Shown: one piece after another, positions 19,846 through 30,398 of the stretch | Position numbering within the stretch: position 1 is the first letter of the stretch | How the letters are laid out: each line of letters opens with the position of its first letter | Assembly (NCBI GenBank): GCA_963728565.1 | Contig: CAVSLC010000006.1 | Coordinates: 32,001 to 96,000 of the forward strand | Source: an uncultured delta proteobacterium | Lineage (GTDB): Bacteria; Desulfobacterota; Binatia; UBA9968 | Direction: 5' to 3' | DNA length: 64,000 bases | Translations under genes and position numbers: made by a program | The notes under the pieces: generated by a model | Seen by the model: only the letters and a program-made list of their open reading frames with translations | The model's database searches: none | Told to the model about the DNA's origin: nothing

Positions 19846-20730
19846 TTACGTGGCAATTTCTAGCGCCCTCGCCATATCGATTGTCCGGCGCGCGCGTTCA
19901 ACGATGGGCCGATCAATTAGCTGCCCTCCCATGGCAATGGAACCATCGCCACGCGCATTGGCCTCATCGAAGGCTTTGAGTACTTGCCGCGCATAATTTA
20001 TTTCTTCCGCGGTTGGACTGAACGTCGTGTTGATAGCATCAACCTGCGATGGGTGAATGCAGGACATGCCGGAAAAGCCCAACTGGCGCGCTTGCTTGGC
20101 AAAGTTTAGGAGACCCTGGCTGTCGTTTAAGTCGACCCAGACACCGTCGACCGCCTGCACGTGAGCCGCGGCGGCGGCAACGACGATGGCGGATCGGGCG
20201 TAGATAAGATCGCGGGCTTCGCCTTCGCGCGAGGTCGGTAATCCTATCTCACGGCCAAAATCTTCGGCGCCGAAAATGAGCCCAGTAATACGCGGCGAGC
20301 TCGCCGCGATTGCCGGCGCGTTCAATAAACCTTTGGGACTCTCGATCGCGATCAGCAATTTGACGGTGCCCTTTTGCATTGCCAACTGTGGCTCGCGTTC
20401 GGTCAGGATTGCATCGACTCTGCGTACTTCTTCAGGCGTATCCACTTTCGGGCAGACCAGTCCTTCAAGTCCCGGACGCACGACGGCTTCCAGATCCGCG
20501 TCCATGCGGGCGTGTCCAATGGCATTGATCCGCACATAGCGCGACGGTGTGCCCGGCGCTTTTTCTCGGCCCAGAGATTCGGCGATATTTTTGCGCGCGC
20601 TATCTTTTTCGTTGGGCGCCACACCGTCTTCGATGTCGAGCATAATGGCATCGGCATTCAGGCCGAGCGCTTTGTCGATCATTCTTTGCCGGTGCCCTGG
20701 CACAAACATCCATGAGCGTATGAGATCCAT
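19846..20730 (-). CDS. CitE/HpcH-family CoA-ester lyase (citryl/citramalyl/malyl-CoA lyase-like)
   Basis: RSWMFVPG, DIEDGVAP, VRIN, IESPKG, FGAEDF, CIHPSQV. Confidence 0.9.
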   Translation of the reverse strand: MDLIRSWMFVPGHRQRMIDKALGLNADAIMLDIEDGVAPNEKDSARKNIAESLGREKAPGTPSRYVRINAIGHARMDADLEAVVRPGLEGLVCPKVDTPEEVRRVDAILTEREPQLAMQKGTVKLLIAIESPKGLLNAPAIAASSPRITGLIFGAEDFGREIGLPTSREGEARDLIYARSAIVVAAAAAHVQAVDGVWVDLNDSQGLLNFAKQARQLGFSGMSCIHPSQVDAINTTFSPTAEEINYARQVLKAFDEANARGDGSIAMGGQLIDRPIVERARRTIDMARALEIAT

Positions 20731-20878
20731 TGGCCTTTCTCCTATCGCAGTTCAAATACCTGAAGGGCTTGGAAATGTCTATCGCCAGCGTATGCGCGCC
20801 GTTGTTTGCAACCGCGATGCTTTTAGAGAATAAAAGAAAGATGAATTCTCAATCCTCAAAATTACAAATCCATCGACG

Positions 20879-22070
20879 ATGAAGGCGAGCACGGTTAAGC
20901 TTCTGGTGCCGCTGGTCGCGATCACAATTCAAAGCAATTCCGCTTCGACTATCATTCCGCCGTATCTTGATGATCTACGCATTCCTGTCGGCGTGATCGG
21001 CACCTTGATTTCACTTGGGCCGGTTCTCGCCCTGACATCGCGTCTCCCGGTCGGCATGGCCTACAACCTTCATCGCGCCCGATTGCTGATCACGCTGGCG
21101 GTTCTCGCCATGGGCGCGACGAATTTCGCCTACAGCCTTGCCACCGATACGATTTCGTTTGCACTGGTTCATTGCGTCAACGGCTTTGCCTACGGCGCGG
21201 TGACGACACTTTACATGGCGTTTTATGTCGATTCCTTGGCTGCTGATGAGAACCGCAGTCACGCCATGGGCTACTACGTGGGTAGTTTAGCGGTGGGCTA
21301 TTCGACAGGAAACTTTTTCGGCGGGCTATTTGCCGATCATTTCGGCTACGCGATTACGTTTCAGGGCGCCGCGTTCTTGTCGTTGGTGCCATGCGCGCTG
21401 TTGTGGCTGTTGCGAGGACCCGCCGGCCACGGAGTCAGGCAAAGCTAAAGAGAAGCCCAAGGTAAAATTGACGTCGAAGGTGTTCTGGCGAGCACTGCTC
21501 GAGCCGGGACTCGCCACCGTGGTCGTAACGGCGTTATTTCTCAATTTGCTGCACCAGATGGGCGGCGTATTCATTTCCCTTTACGGATTGGCCGTCGGCA
21601 TGACTCTGACGCAGATCGGCATCATCCGCGCGGCTTATGCCGGAGTCAATGCAATCACCCGCCCGATTAGCGGTCATGTGGTTGATAAAGTAGGCCATCG
21701 CCGTCTATCGTACGCCGGCATTCCGCTCCAATCCGCGCTGCTGATGTTGATCCCCTTATTCAGCGGTTTCGGCCCGATCTTGATTGTCTACATTATGTCG
21801 GGCCTGATGCGCGCCATCGTCATCGTCGCCAATGCGGTTGGCTTGGTGCAGGACGTCGATGAGACCAAGGTGCAGCGCGGCATCGCTTCAGCGGTTTATA
21901 ACTCGGCTGGGGACCTGGGCAATATCATCGGTCCCTCGATCGGCGGAATTATCGCCCATGCTACCAGCATCGCTGCGGTGTTTGTTTATGGATCGCTGGG
22001 ATCGACGATTCTATTTCTGCTGGTAATTTTCGCGGTGCGGCGAAGTGCAGGGATGAATTATAAAAGCTGA
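20879..22070 (+). CDS. MFS transporter, frameshift near 21425
   Basis: ORFs 20879..21448 and 21330..22070 form N- and C-terminal 6-TM halves (SGHVVDKVGHR). Confidence 0.75.
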
Positions 22071-22115
22071 AAGCTGAAACGAAGCCAACTCGATTGTCAT
22101 TCCATCTTCGTTCTT

Positions 22116-22240
22116 GCAGGCTGCTCAAAAGATCTCAGAGGCAAGGCGCGCGAAGTTCGATGAGCTGAGGCGTACGCTGAGTACGTTGAAGCGAATCGAG
22201 CGAGCGCAACGAAGCCTATGAGGTCTTTTCAGCAACCTGC
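22116..22240. repeat. MITE-like palindromic element M, full copy
   Basis: GCAGGCTGCTCAAAAGATCTCA...GAGGCGTAC..GTACGTTGAAGCGA..GAGCGCAACGAAGCCTATGAGGTCTTTTCAGCAACCTGC. Confidence 0.85.
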
Positions 22241-22243
22241 CTG

Positions 22244-23404
22244 CTAATAGGATTTTGGCATGCCGAGCACGTGCTGTCCGAGATACGCGAGCACCAAGTT
22301 GTTGCTCACCGGCGCGACGGTCAATAGCCGCGTCTCTCTAAATTTTCTTTCGACATCGTACTCCGCGGCAAAACCGTAGCCGCCGTGAGTCGTCAGGCAA
22401 GCGTTGGCCGCCGCCCAGGCAGCTTCAGAGGCAAGAAGCTTGGCCATGTTGGCTTCCGCGCCGCATTTCTCCTTGCGATCGAATTTCGTGGCAGCCTGAT
22501 AGCGGACGAGATCCGCCGCTTCGATTTGCGCATGGGCCTGGGCGATGGGGAATTGGATACCCTGATTCGAACCGATGGCGCGGCCGAAGACAATACGTTC
22601 AGAGGCGTACTTGGCCGCGCGTTCGATGAACCAGCGGCCATCGCCGATGGCTTCAGCCGCCACTAAGATCCTTTCGGCATTCCAGCCATCGATGATGTAG
22701 CGAAAACCCATCCCTTCCTGGCCAACGAGATTCTCCACCGGCACTTCAACATTATCAAAGAACAGTTGATTCGTATGGTGATTAATCATCAAGTCCAACG
22801 GCTTGACTTCAAGCTTATCTTTATTGTCTCGAAGGTCGACGATGAACACGGAAAGCCCGCGGGTTTTGTCTTCGAGCTCATCGTAAGGTGTGGTGCGCGC
22901 GAGCAGAAGCATCAGATCGGATTGGAGCACCCGGGAGATGAAGATCTTCTGGCCATTGATGAGATACTTCTCGCCTTTGCGAACAGCGGTCGTCTGAAGC
23001 TTGGTCGTCTCGGATCCGGCGTCGGGTTCCGTAACTCCGAAGGCCTGCAGGCGTAACTCGCCGGTGGCGATCTTCGGCAGATAACGTTTCTTCTGCTCGT
23101 CATTGCCATGGCGGAGAAGCGTGCCCATCGTGTACATCTGCGCATGACATGCTGTGGCCACGCCGCCGGAGTGGTTGATTTCCTCCAGGATGATGCTCGC
23201 TTCGGTAATACCCAGGCCGGTGCCGCCAAATTCTTCCGGAATCAACGCGGCGAGCCACCCCAACTCGGAGAGTTTGCGCACGAATGCTTCGGGATAATCT
23301 TTTTTGCGGTCAACCTCGCGCCAGTAAGAATCGGGAAAATCTCTGCACACTCTTTTGATTTCTTCTCGGATCTGTTGCTGCTCCGGCGTCAGGTTGAAAT
23401 CCAT
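22244..23404 (-). CDS. Acyl-CoA dehydrogenase (resembles the one in itaconate/methylsuccinate clusters)
   Basis: GELRLQAFGVTEP, NGQKIFISR, NAERILVAAEAIGDG, THGGYGFAAEYDVERKFRETRL. Confidence 0.92.
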   Translation of the reverse strand: MDFNLTPEQQQIREEIKRVCRDFPDSYWREVDRKKDYPEAFVRKLSELGWLAALIPEEFGGTGLGITEASIILEEINHSGGVATACHAQMYTMGTLLRHGNDEQKKRYLPKIATGELRLQAFGVTEPDAGSETTKLQTTAVRKGEKYLINGQKIFISRVLQSDLMLLLARTTPYDELEDKTRGLSVFIVDLRDNKDKLEVKPLDLMINHHTNQLFFDNVEVPVENLVGQEGMGFRYIIDGWNAERILVAAEAIGDGRWFIERAAKYASERIVFGRAIGSNQGIQFPIAQAHAQIEAADLVRYQAATKFDRKEKCGAEANMAKLLASEAAWAAANACLTTHGGYGFAAEYDVERKFRETRLLTVAPVSNNLVLAYLGQHVLGMPKSY

Positions 23405-23429
23405 TACGGCCTCCTATAATTAGGCCCTA

Positions 23430-23555
23430 GCATGCCGTTGAAAACACTCAAATACTTCGTTGCGCTCGTTCGGCTCGCTTCGACGTACTGCCGATGTACG
23501 CCTCAGCTCGTCGAATCTTCGCGCGCCTTGTCTTTGAGTCTTTTGAACGGCATGC
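23430..23555. repeat. MITE-like palindromic element M, full copy (reverse orientation)
   Basis: GCATGCCGTTGAAAA...CTTCGTTGCGCTC...GTACGCCTC...TTTTGAACGGCATGC. Confidence 0.85.
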
Positions 23556-23609
23556 AGAGTCTGCTGGAATATAGCGTAATGCCTTCGATGCCAAAAGGGG
23601 AGATTTGAT

Positions 23610-24122
23610 ATGGCCGTCAAGCCGGGATGGGAAGGTCGGTACTTTGAAGATTTTGAGATCGGCGATATCTATCGGTGCCGGTTAGGACGAACAGTCACCG
23701 AGGCCGACAATATCTGGTTTACTCTGCTCACCAACAACACCAATCAGATTCACTTCAACAATGAATACGGCAAGCGGACGGAGTTCGGAAAATGCCTGAT
23801 TAACAGCGCTTTGACCTTGGCAATCGTTGCCGGCATGGGTGTGGCTGACGTGAGCGAAAATGGGTTCGCCTTGGGTTGGGACGAGATCAAATTGCCCAAC
23901 CCGCTGTTCGCAGGAGATACGCTCTATTCGGAGTCGGAAGTGCTGGAGAAGCGCGAGTCGAAATCAAAGCCGCAGTGGGGCATTCTCAAAGTGCGCACCC
24001 GTGGTGTCCAACAAGAAGGTAAAGTCGTCATCGATTACGCCCGCAGCGTCATGGTTTGGAAAAAGGCCCATGCGCCGAAAAAAGATCTTTTTCCCACCAT
24101 TAGGGAAGATAATAAAAAATAG
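23610..24122 (+). CDS. MaoC-family dehydratase (RipB/itaconyl-CoA hydratase-like)
   Basis: GRYFEDFEIGD, GRTVTEADNIWFTLLT.N...IH, LFAGDTLYSESEVLEKRES. Confidence 0.88.
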   Translation: MAVKPGWEGRYFEDFEIGDIYRCRLGRTVTEADNIWFTLLTNNTNQIHFNNEYGKRTEFGKCLINSALTLAIVAGMGVADVSENGFALGWDEIKLPNPLFAGDTLYSESEVLEKRESKSKPQWGILKVRTRGVQQEGKVVIDYARSVMVWKKAHAPKKDLFPTIREDNKK

Positions 24123-24123
24123 C

Positions 24124-24300
24124 GGTTCAACAGTTCAACGTCAGATAAGGAATCTCGAACGCTTCGGCGCTGCTCGGCGTGCGTATCTTTGGATTTCCAG
24201 CAGACATTACGTGTTAAGGGTTGAACCCTGAATGGAAAATTCTTAAGTCCGCAAAATCTTCGTCTGACATTGAACGTTTGAACTTTTGAACGGTTGAACC
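24124..24300. repeat. Periodic palindrome family B, copy 2
   Basis: GGTTCAACAGTTCAACGTCAGA ... TCTGACATTGAACGTTTGAACTTTTGAACGGTTGAACC. Confidence 0.8.
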
Positions 24301-24321
24301 AAAGTATTATTTGGGAAAGAG

Positions 24322-25527
24322 GTGACCGTGGCCAGCAGCGTAAAACCAAACCGTGCTCTAGATGGTGTTAAAATTCTTGCTTTCGAGCAGGTCCTCTCCG
24401 GGCCATTTGCCACCTGTCTGCTTGCCGACATGGGCGCCGAGGTAATCAAAGTCGAACGGCCCGGGGTGGGCGATGTCATTCGTTCCTGGGATTCGGTCGT
24501 CAAGGGACTATCGTCGGGGTATGTTTGGCTTAACCGCAACAAGCGCAGCTTGACCGTCGATGTCAAAAAAGAAAAAGGTAAAGAGATCCTTAGAAAATTG
24601 GCCGGCGGTTCCGATATTTTTTTTGAGAATTATGCTCCTGGCGTGGCCGCGCGCCTGGGTCTCGGCTACCAAGAACTCAGCGAGATCAATCGGCGATTGA
24701 TTTATTGCTCCCTTTCCGGCTACGGCCAGGACGGACCGTATCGCGATGTTAAAGCATACGATCTGCTGATTCAGGGCGAAGGCGGAATCATTGCGACCAC
24801 CGGCTATCCTGAAAAACCCGCCAAGGCAGGCATTGCCATTGCCGACATCGCCTCCGGAATGTACGCCGTTATCGGCATCGTGCTGGCGCTCTATGAGCGC
24901 GAGAAAACCGGCGCGGGACAGCTTATCGACGTGTCGATGCTGGACTCTATCGTGTCGTGGCTTGGTTATTTTCCACACCATTACTGGCATGCGGGCGAGG
25001 AGCCCGGTCGCGCCGGCATGCGCCACCATTATGTGACGCCGTACGGGCCGTACCTTGCGGCCGATGGCGAGTATGTGAATCTCGCGGTCGCCAGTCCAGC
25101 GGATTGGGAACAGTTTTGCCGGGTGGTGATCGAAAGGCCGGACCTGCTAAAAGATTCGCGCTTTAGAACCGTCCAGGATCGACGAAAGAACCGAGGCGCG
25201 CTGGAAGAAATCATTGAAGCGATTTTCCTCGAGCGCGATCACAAGCATTGGCTGGCCCAGCTCAAGCAAGCCGAGATGCCGCACGGCATCGTCCGCGGCA
25301 TTGCTCAGGTGCTGGCGCATCCGCAAGTAGCGGCGCGAAAACTGATCCGTGAAGCGGATTCGCCGGTGGGGAAAGTTCCAGTGATCGCCAACGCGCTCAA
25401 GATGTCCGATAGCCCTGCGCGCTACGACCGCATTCCCGATTTGGGCGAAGACAATGACGCAATCCTGCAAGAGCTTGGATACGATCCGGCGGCGGTGGCG
25501 GAGTTGCGACGCGATAAGGTGATTTAA
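24322..25527 (+). CDS. CaiB/BaiF family III CoA-transferase (itaconate CoA-transferase-like)
   Basis: LADMGAEVIKVERPG, NRNKRS, GYGQDGPY..KAYDLLIQ, catalytic Asp in IADIASG. Confidence 0.92.
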   Translation: MTVASSVKPNRALDGVKILAFEQVLSGPFATCLLADMGAEVIKVERPGVGDVIRSWDSVVKGLSSGYVWLNRNKRSLTVDVKKEKGKEILRKLAGGSDIFFENYAPGVAARLGLGYQELSEINRRLIYCSLSGYGQDGPYRDVKAYDLLIQGEGGIIATTGYPEKPAKAGIAIADIASGMYAVIGIVLALYEREKTGAGQLIDVSMLDSIVSWLGYFPHHYWHAGEEPGRAGMRHHYVTPYGPYLAADGEYVNLAVASPADWEQFCRVVIERPDLLKDSRFRTVQDRRKNRGALEEIIEAIFLERDHKHWLAQLKQAEMPHGIVRGIAQVLAHPQVAARKLIREADSPVGKVPVIANALKMSDSPARYDRIPDLGEDNDAILQELGYDPAAVAELRRDKVI

Positions 25528-25533
25528 TAATTG

Positions 25534-25667
25534 TTCACCACGAAGGACACGAAGCTCACGAAGTAAGATATAGCGCCGATGAAAGATGTCATGTTTGTTT
25601 TGCGTCGAATCTTCTTCGAGCTGATTTAGTGAGTTACCTTCGTGTTCTTCGCGTGCTTCGTGGTGAA
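25534..25667. repeat. Periodic palindrome family A, copy 3
   Basis: TTCACCACGAAGGACACGAAGCTCACGAAGTAA ... TTACCTTCGTGTTCTTCGCGTGCTTCGTGGTGAA. Confidence 0.85.
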
Positions 25668-25683
25668 ATCTTCAAGGTGAGTC

Positions 25684-26253
25684 ATGACGAAACGTATCAT
25701 CGGGGTGATGGGCGCTTCGGAAAGCGACGCGCTCACGGATGCCGAAAAAGCCCGCCTCAAACAACTCGCAGAAAAACTCGGCGGCGCCATCGCCAAGCAC
25801 GATTGTATTTTGATTTCCGGAGCTACCACGGGCCTGCCGGATCTGATCTCGAGATCCGCGCGTGAACACGGCGGGTTTGCTGTCGGCATTTCTCCCGCCG
25901 AAAATCGCCGCGAGCATATCGAGCGCTATAAGATGCCGCCCGATGCGGCGGATGTGATTATCTATACCGGCTTTGGCCTTAAAGGCCGCAACGTCATCAA
26001 CGTGCGCTCGGCGGATATCGTCATCATCTTCGGCGGTGCGACGGGCACCTTGAATGAGTTCACCATCGCTTACGACGAGGGAAAAGTCATCGGCGTGCTC
26101 GAGGGTAGCGGCGGTTGCGCCGATCACATCAGGGAGATTATCGAATTCTGCAAAAAGCCGACTCGGGGCCTGGTCGTTTACCATACCGACCCCGAGGCGC
26201 TCATCGAGAGCTGCTTAAACTCAGTGCAATGTGATGACGGAAGAACAAGCTGA
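25684..26253 (+). CDS. LOG/SLOG-family Rossmann-fold protein
   Basis: IGVMGAS, ISGATTG, VGISP, GRNVINVRSAD, GGATGTLNE. Confidence 0.8.
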   Translation: MTKRIIGVMGASESDALTDAEKARLKQLAEKLGGAIAKHDCILISGATTGLPDLISRSAREHGGFAVGISPAENRREHIERYKMPPDAADVIIYTGFGLKGRNVINVRSADIVIIFGGATGTLNEFTIAYDEGKVIGVLEGSGGCADHIREIIEFCKKPTRGLVVYHTDPEALIESCLNSVQCDDGRTS

Positions 26254-26444
26254 CAGTCTCATCAAGGACGTCTTCGGCTTTGGGCTCATAGCGCGGTAAA
26301 CGCCCCATCCCTCAGGCAACAGTCGCGGTCACCTTCCGCCGATCTACCTAAACAGGCCTGCATCCTCAGGCAAACGCAGATACGACGTCTTGACCTTCCG
26401 CAGCCTGAATCTGCGCGCACAACGTTGACACTTCCGGATGTGGC

Positions 26445-27107
26445 ATGAAATACTCGCCGCGAACTATGGCATGGAGGATCAGCATGGAAGAGCGAACGAA
26501 AATAGAGTTGGATTCGGACTCGGCCGCATTAGTGATCGTCGACATGCAAGTCGAAGGCTGCGAACGGCATGGCCCGGGTGTAAAACCGGTGATCGGCAAT
26601 ATCCGCCGCTTGCTCGATCGCTTTCGCTCGCTCAATGGGAAAATTATTCATGTGCAATCAGTCAGGACTAAGGATCATCCCGAGTTCACCGTTTTCGGGC
26701 GGCCTTATGGATTGTTGATCGGCAGCCCGGGAGCTGATTTCGTCGAAGAGCTTGAACCATTACCGGGAGAAAATGTCGTTCAAAAAACTTCACACGATTG
26801 TTTTTATAAAACGACAATGGAAACGGTTCTCCAGAAACTCGATCTGCAATCTTGCCGCGATAAAATCGTCGTCACTGGCATTGGCTCGAGCAACTGCGTT
26901 TACCACGCGGTTATCGGGTTTCACATTAGAAACTTTTACACGGTCGTGCCGGAAGATTGTATCCACGGTGTTCATCCGCAGTCTCAGCCGTTTGCGCTGC
27001 ACCAGTTCCGATCCAATGCCTATAATTTCAATGTAACCGTGGCGCGATCCGAGGATCTCACATTTACCTCCAACACAGTCGTTCGGCAGCGCGCTTCCGG
27101 CACATGA
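26445..27107 (+). CDS. Isochorismatase-family cysteine hydrolase
   Basis: D-K-C triad: IVDMQ, QKTSHDCF, TGIGSSNCV; start may be a few codons later. Confidence 0.88.
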   Translation: MKYSPRTMAWRISMEERTKIELDSDSAALVIVDMQVEGCERHGPGVKPVIGNIRRLLDRFRSLNGKIIHVQSVRTKDHPEFTVFGRPYGLLIGSPGADFVEELEPLPGENVVQKTSHDCFYKTTMETVLQKLDLQSCRDKIVVTGIGSSNCVYHAVIGFHIRNFYTVVPEDCIHGVHPQSQPFALHQFRSNAYNFNVTVARSEDLTFTSNTVVRQRASGT

Positions 27108-28111
27108 GCTTTGCGGGTTTCATCAGGCAATTAAGCTTAAACATCGCACTGGTTTTTGTTTGCCTCGGCTGCGCCGCTGTTCCTTCATTTGCTCAAACAC
27201 TTAAAGTTCCTTTCGCCGCGCTCTCTCCAAATTACGCGCCGCTCTGGATTGCAGATCAAGCAGGCTTCTTCAAGAAACAAGGCCTCGATGTTCAACTCAT
27301 CTACATCTCGGCAGGCTCAGTGATTATTCCGGCGATTCTTTCCGGTCAAGTTGAGATCGCCAATATGAGCTCGGCGCCTGCGCTGACAGCGTGGGCGCGC
27401 GGTGCGGAGCTCACCGCGGTCGGGGTGGCATCCAATCGTTTGCTGCACGTCGTGATGACGCGCGGCTCGATTAAAAAAGCTGAGGAGTTGAAAGGAAAGA
27501 AAATCGGCAGTGATCGATACGGCTCATTCTCCGATTTGGTCTTACGAGAGGCTTTGAGGCACTACAACCTTGCGCCGGATCGTGACGTAGCCGTAATTCA
27601 AACCGGCGGCTTACCCGAACGGCTCGGGGCGCTCAAGATCGGCGCTGTCGACGGCGCCATCGTCACAGGCGACACCGCGTTCGAAGCGGAGAAGCTGGGC
27701 TTTCACAAATTGATCGATCTCAGTCAACTGCCGATCCAATACCCCGGCAGTACGATAATCGTGAATAAATCGTTCTTATCGGCTAAAAGAGACGTGGTGA
27801 AAAGATTTCTGCGGGGCTGGGTTGAAGGGATCAAAACGGCAAAGACCGATAAGGAATTGACCGTCAGAGTCATGCAAAAATTTCTCAAGACATCAGATAG
27901 AGCCATCCTCGACAAAACCTTCGAAGTCTACAAACCGACTCACGAGCGAGTTCCGGCGCCCGATCCCAAAGTAATGGGCGTCGCTGTCAAGCAATTGGCC
28001 GCAACTGTGCCGCAAGCCGCTCATTTAAAGGCCGACGACTTCATCGATCGAAGTCTGATCCTGGAATTGGAACAGGAAGGGTTTATTTCCAGAGTTTACG
28101 AAGGTCGTTGA
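27104..28111 (+). CDS. ABC-type substrate-binding protein, NMT1/SsuA-like
   Basis: Signal peptide; PLWIADQAGFFKKQGLDV; ELKGKKIG; GAVDGA. Confidence 0.88.
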   Translation: MSFAGFIRQLSLNIALVFVCLGCAAVPSFAQTLKVPFAALSPNYAPLWIADQAGFFKKQGLDVQLIYISAGSVIIPAILSGQVEIANMSSAPALTAWARGAELTAVGVASNRLLHVVMTRGSIKKAEELKGKKIGSDRYGSFSDLVLREALRHYNLAPDRDVAVIQTGGLPERLGALKIGAVDGAIVTGDTAFEAEKLGFHKLIDLSQLPIQYPGSTIIVNKSFLSAKRDVVKRFLRGWVEGIKTAKTDKELTVRVMQKFLKTSDRAILDKTFEVYKPTHERVPAPDPKVMGVAVKQLAATVPQAAHLKADDFIDRSLILELEQEGFISRVYEGR

Positions 28112-28240
28112 AGATTACACCGAACTCTGTCCTGAGGATTCGCTATAAGAGATTCGGCGAGCTTCGTCCGGGACAGAGTCAATCTGGCGATCTCCTGCCT
28201 GTCCAACAATTTACCATCGCGGAGATTCAAATCCGTCGAA

Positions 28241-29122
28241 TCAGAGCTTGGCGGATCTTTCGACGAACGCTTTGACGATTCCATTGAATGTTTCCGGTTG
28301 TTCCCGGTAGCAGAAGTGGCCGGCCTCGTTGATGATGTGCATTTCGGATTTGGGATTGCTGTCGGCGATGATTTCGAAGAGCGCATGGCCGCGTTTGAGC
28401 TCGGCGGTCGGATCGTTGTAGCCCCAGACTAATAGGGTTGGCTGCGTTAGCTTGCCGTGCATGATCCAGTTGAGAGTCTCTTCTTTGTGCAAAGCCAGGT
28501 GGGTGAAGAACTGGGTTCTTTTAAGCCCCTCGTCCTCCATCTTTCTGACGGTTGCCTGGTATTTTTCCGATTTGGCGATGTCTTCGCAAGTATCCAGCCA
28601 GTTCTGCGTGATGTGATTGGCCCTGAACGAATAATGCTCGATGCACCAGCGCTGGCTTTCGCGGCTGAGGCGCGGCTTGGGCGCGTTGGCCATAATGAAT
28701 TCCGTCTTGGAGGGCCCGGGCGCAAGCGTGCCGCTGTCGACAATCACACAAGAGCGAACCAGTTCCGGATGATCCAGTGTCAGCCGCGTAACGACGTAGC
28801 CGCCGCGCGAGTGGCCGATGACGTGAACATTCTTCACCCCGAGCGCCTGTAACAGACCCGCCGCGTGTTTGACCGTGGCCGCCATGGTGTAGTCGGCGTC
28901 GGATTTCGGATTGCCGGTATAGCCTTGGCCGAGCTTGTCCATGGCAATGACGCGAAACCCCTGGGCGAGAACGTCGAAATTAAACTCCCAGTCGATGGCG
29001 CTTTCGCATGCGTCGGGTGTTCCCATGTGGCTGCCGTGCACCAGTAGCAGCACTTCTCCGCTGCCCTTGTCGAAATAGCGCGTCCTGATTCCATCAACGT
29101 CAACAAACTTGGGGTCGGTCAT
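28241..29122 (-). CDS. Alpha/beta hydrolase (meta-cleavage hydrolase-like)
   Basis: LVHG, GHSRG nucleophile elbow, WGYND, AGH. Confidence 0.88.
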   Translation of the reverse strand: MTDPKFVDVDGIRTRYFDKGSGEVLLLVHGSHMGTPDACESAIDWEFNFDVLAQGFRVIAMDKLGQGYTGNPKSDADYTMAATVKHAAGLLQALGVKNVHVIGHSRGGYVVTRLTLDHPELVRSCVIVDSGTLAPGPSKTEFIMANAPKPRLSRESQRWCIEHYSFRANHITQNWLDTCEDIAKSEKYQATVRKMEDEGLKRTQFFTHLALHKEETLNWIMHGKLTQPTLLVWGYNDPTAELKRGHALFEIIADSNPKSEMHIINEAGHFCYREQPETFNGIVKAFVERSAKL

Positions 29123-29199
29123 CAAAACGTCCTTTCTCCGTAAGGTCACGGCACTTGTCCGGACACGAACACGGTATTTTCCCCCAGACGCTCACGGCG

Positions 29200-30219
29200 T
29201 TATTTTTTCAGCGACTCGGCGAGCTCACGTAAATATTCTTCCTGTTCCTTGGCCTGGTACAAAGCCAGCGAGCCATCTTTTAACGGTATGCCGCCAATAA
29301 AATGAAAAGCGTGGGCGTCCCAATCGTAAAACTCGTCGCCCCGTTCACAAATCTCTTTCCACTTGAGTCCCACCGGACTTCGGTGCAAGCCCGTGCGCGC
29401 CGGAAGCGCCTCTTGCTGCTCGATGGACAGATTCGCATTTGCTTTGTCGGTCTCTTCTTCCGGGAGTCCGTCCCACATGCGCCGGTAGTTGGGAAAGAAC
29501 TCCTCTTCTCGCACAGTCAGCGCGGTGTGCATGTCCCACCATGGGCCGTGTCCGGCGACGCGCTCGTCCACCTTATCTACCAGCTTGTAAATCAGCCGGG
29601 CGCCCGCGCGTAAACGAAGCACCAGCGTTCCCTCGGCGGTTTTGGAATTCTGTTCAGCTTGTACGCCGCAATATTTTTCAAAAAAAGCTGCGGTTTTGGC
29701 CAGGTCGCGGCAACCATAGACAGCATGACTGATGCGCCCGACTTTTTCGTCGGTGGCGATTTCCATGGCGCCTTCGGGCATATGCACGGGCGCCCAGAAC
29801 TCATATTGATTGCCGTCCGGGTCGGCGAAGTAGATGGCCGTGCCTTCGTCTCCTTCGGCGGTTGTCTTCACCGGGTCGGTGTGCGGAATTTTGTAGCGAT
29901 CGAGCCGGCGCAGGTGCCCGGGGATATCTTCCGGACGGATGTAAAAGCCGCAACGCGGCAGCTCTTGGCCAAGTTCTTTTGCCGGCGGATAGATCTCGGG
30001 CTGGAGAAACCCGCCGATGCGGCACGATCCGCCCTCCCACCAGAGGAAGCAGATGATCTTCATATTCTTTTTCCGCGCCGCCGTGGTCAGCCCCCTGATC
30101 GGTCTTCGCGTCAGCCCGATGCCGTTCACCGCCCAGTCAGTCCAGGCGACCATATCGTTGGTGCCGACGACAAAATGATCGATCCAGTGAGCCGCGCCTT
30201 TGGGTTCGAGGTTGTCCAT
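29200..30219 (-). CDS. Tandem VOC-domain protein
   Basis: IDHFVV, YFADPDGNQYE, RISHAVY; RBS AGGAG before ATG 30219. Confidence 0.75.
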   Translation of the reverse strand: MDNLEPKGAAHWIDHFVVGTNDMVAWTDWAVNGIGLTRRPIRGLTTAARKKNMKIICFLWWEGGSCRIGGFLQPEIYPPAKELGQELPRCGFYIRPEDIPGHLRRLDRYKIPHTDPVKTTAEGDEGTAIYFADPDGNQYEFWAPVHMPEGAMEIATDEKVGRISHAVYGCRDLAKTAAFFEKYCGVQAEQNSKTAEGTLVLRLRAGARLIYKLVDKVDERVAGHGPWWDMHTALTVREEEFFPNYRRMWDGLPEEETDKANANLSIEQQEALPARTGLHRSPVGLKWKEICERGDEFYDWDAHAFHFIGGIPLKDGSLALYQAKEQEEYLRELAESLKK

Positions 30220-30398
30220 CGTAAATCTCCTGATCACTTTTAGAAGGTTCCACCGACTTCAAAATTCCATTCTTGAAGAGATGTTCAGCCCATTGGTATT
30301 CATCGTCTAAGCCATCTTCGTCGCCCCCGGCAGCGGCGGGGAAAAAAGAGGTCAGGGTCTCAACGTCCTGAGATCCACGACCAATCACGTACCTCGCG

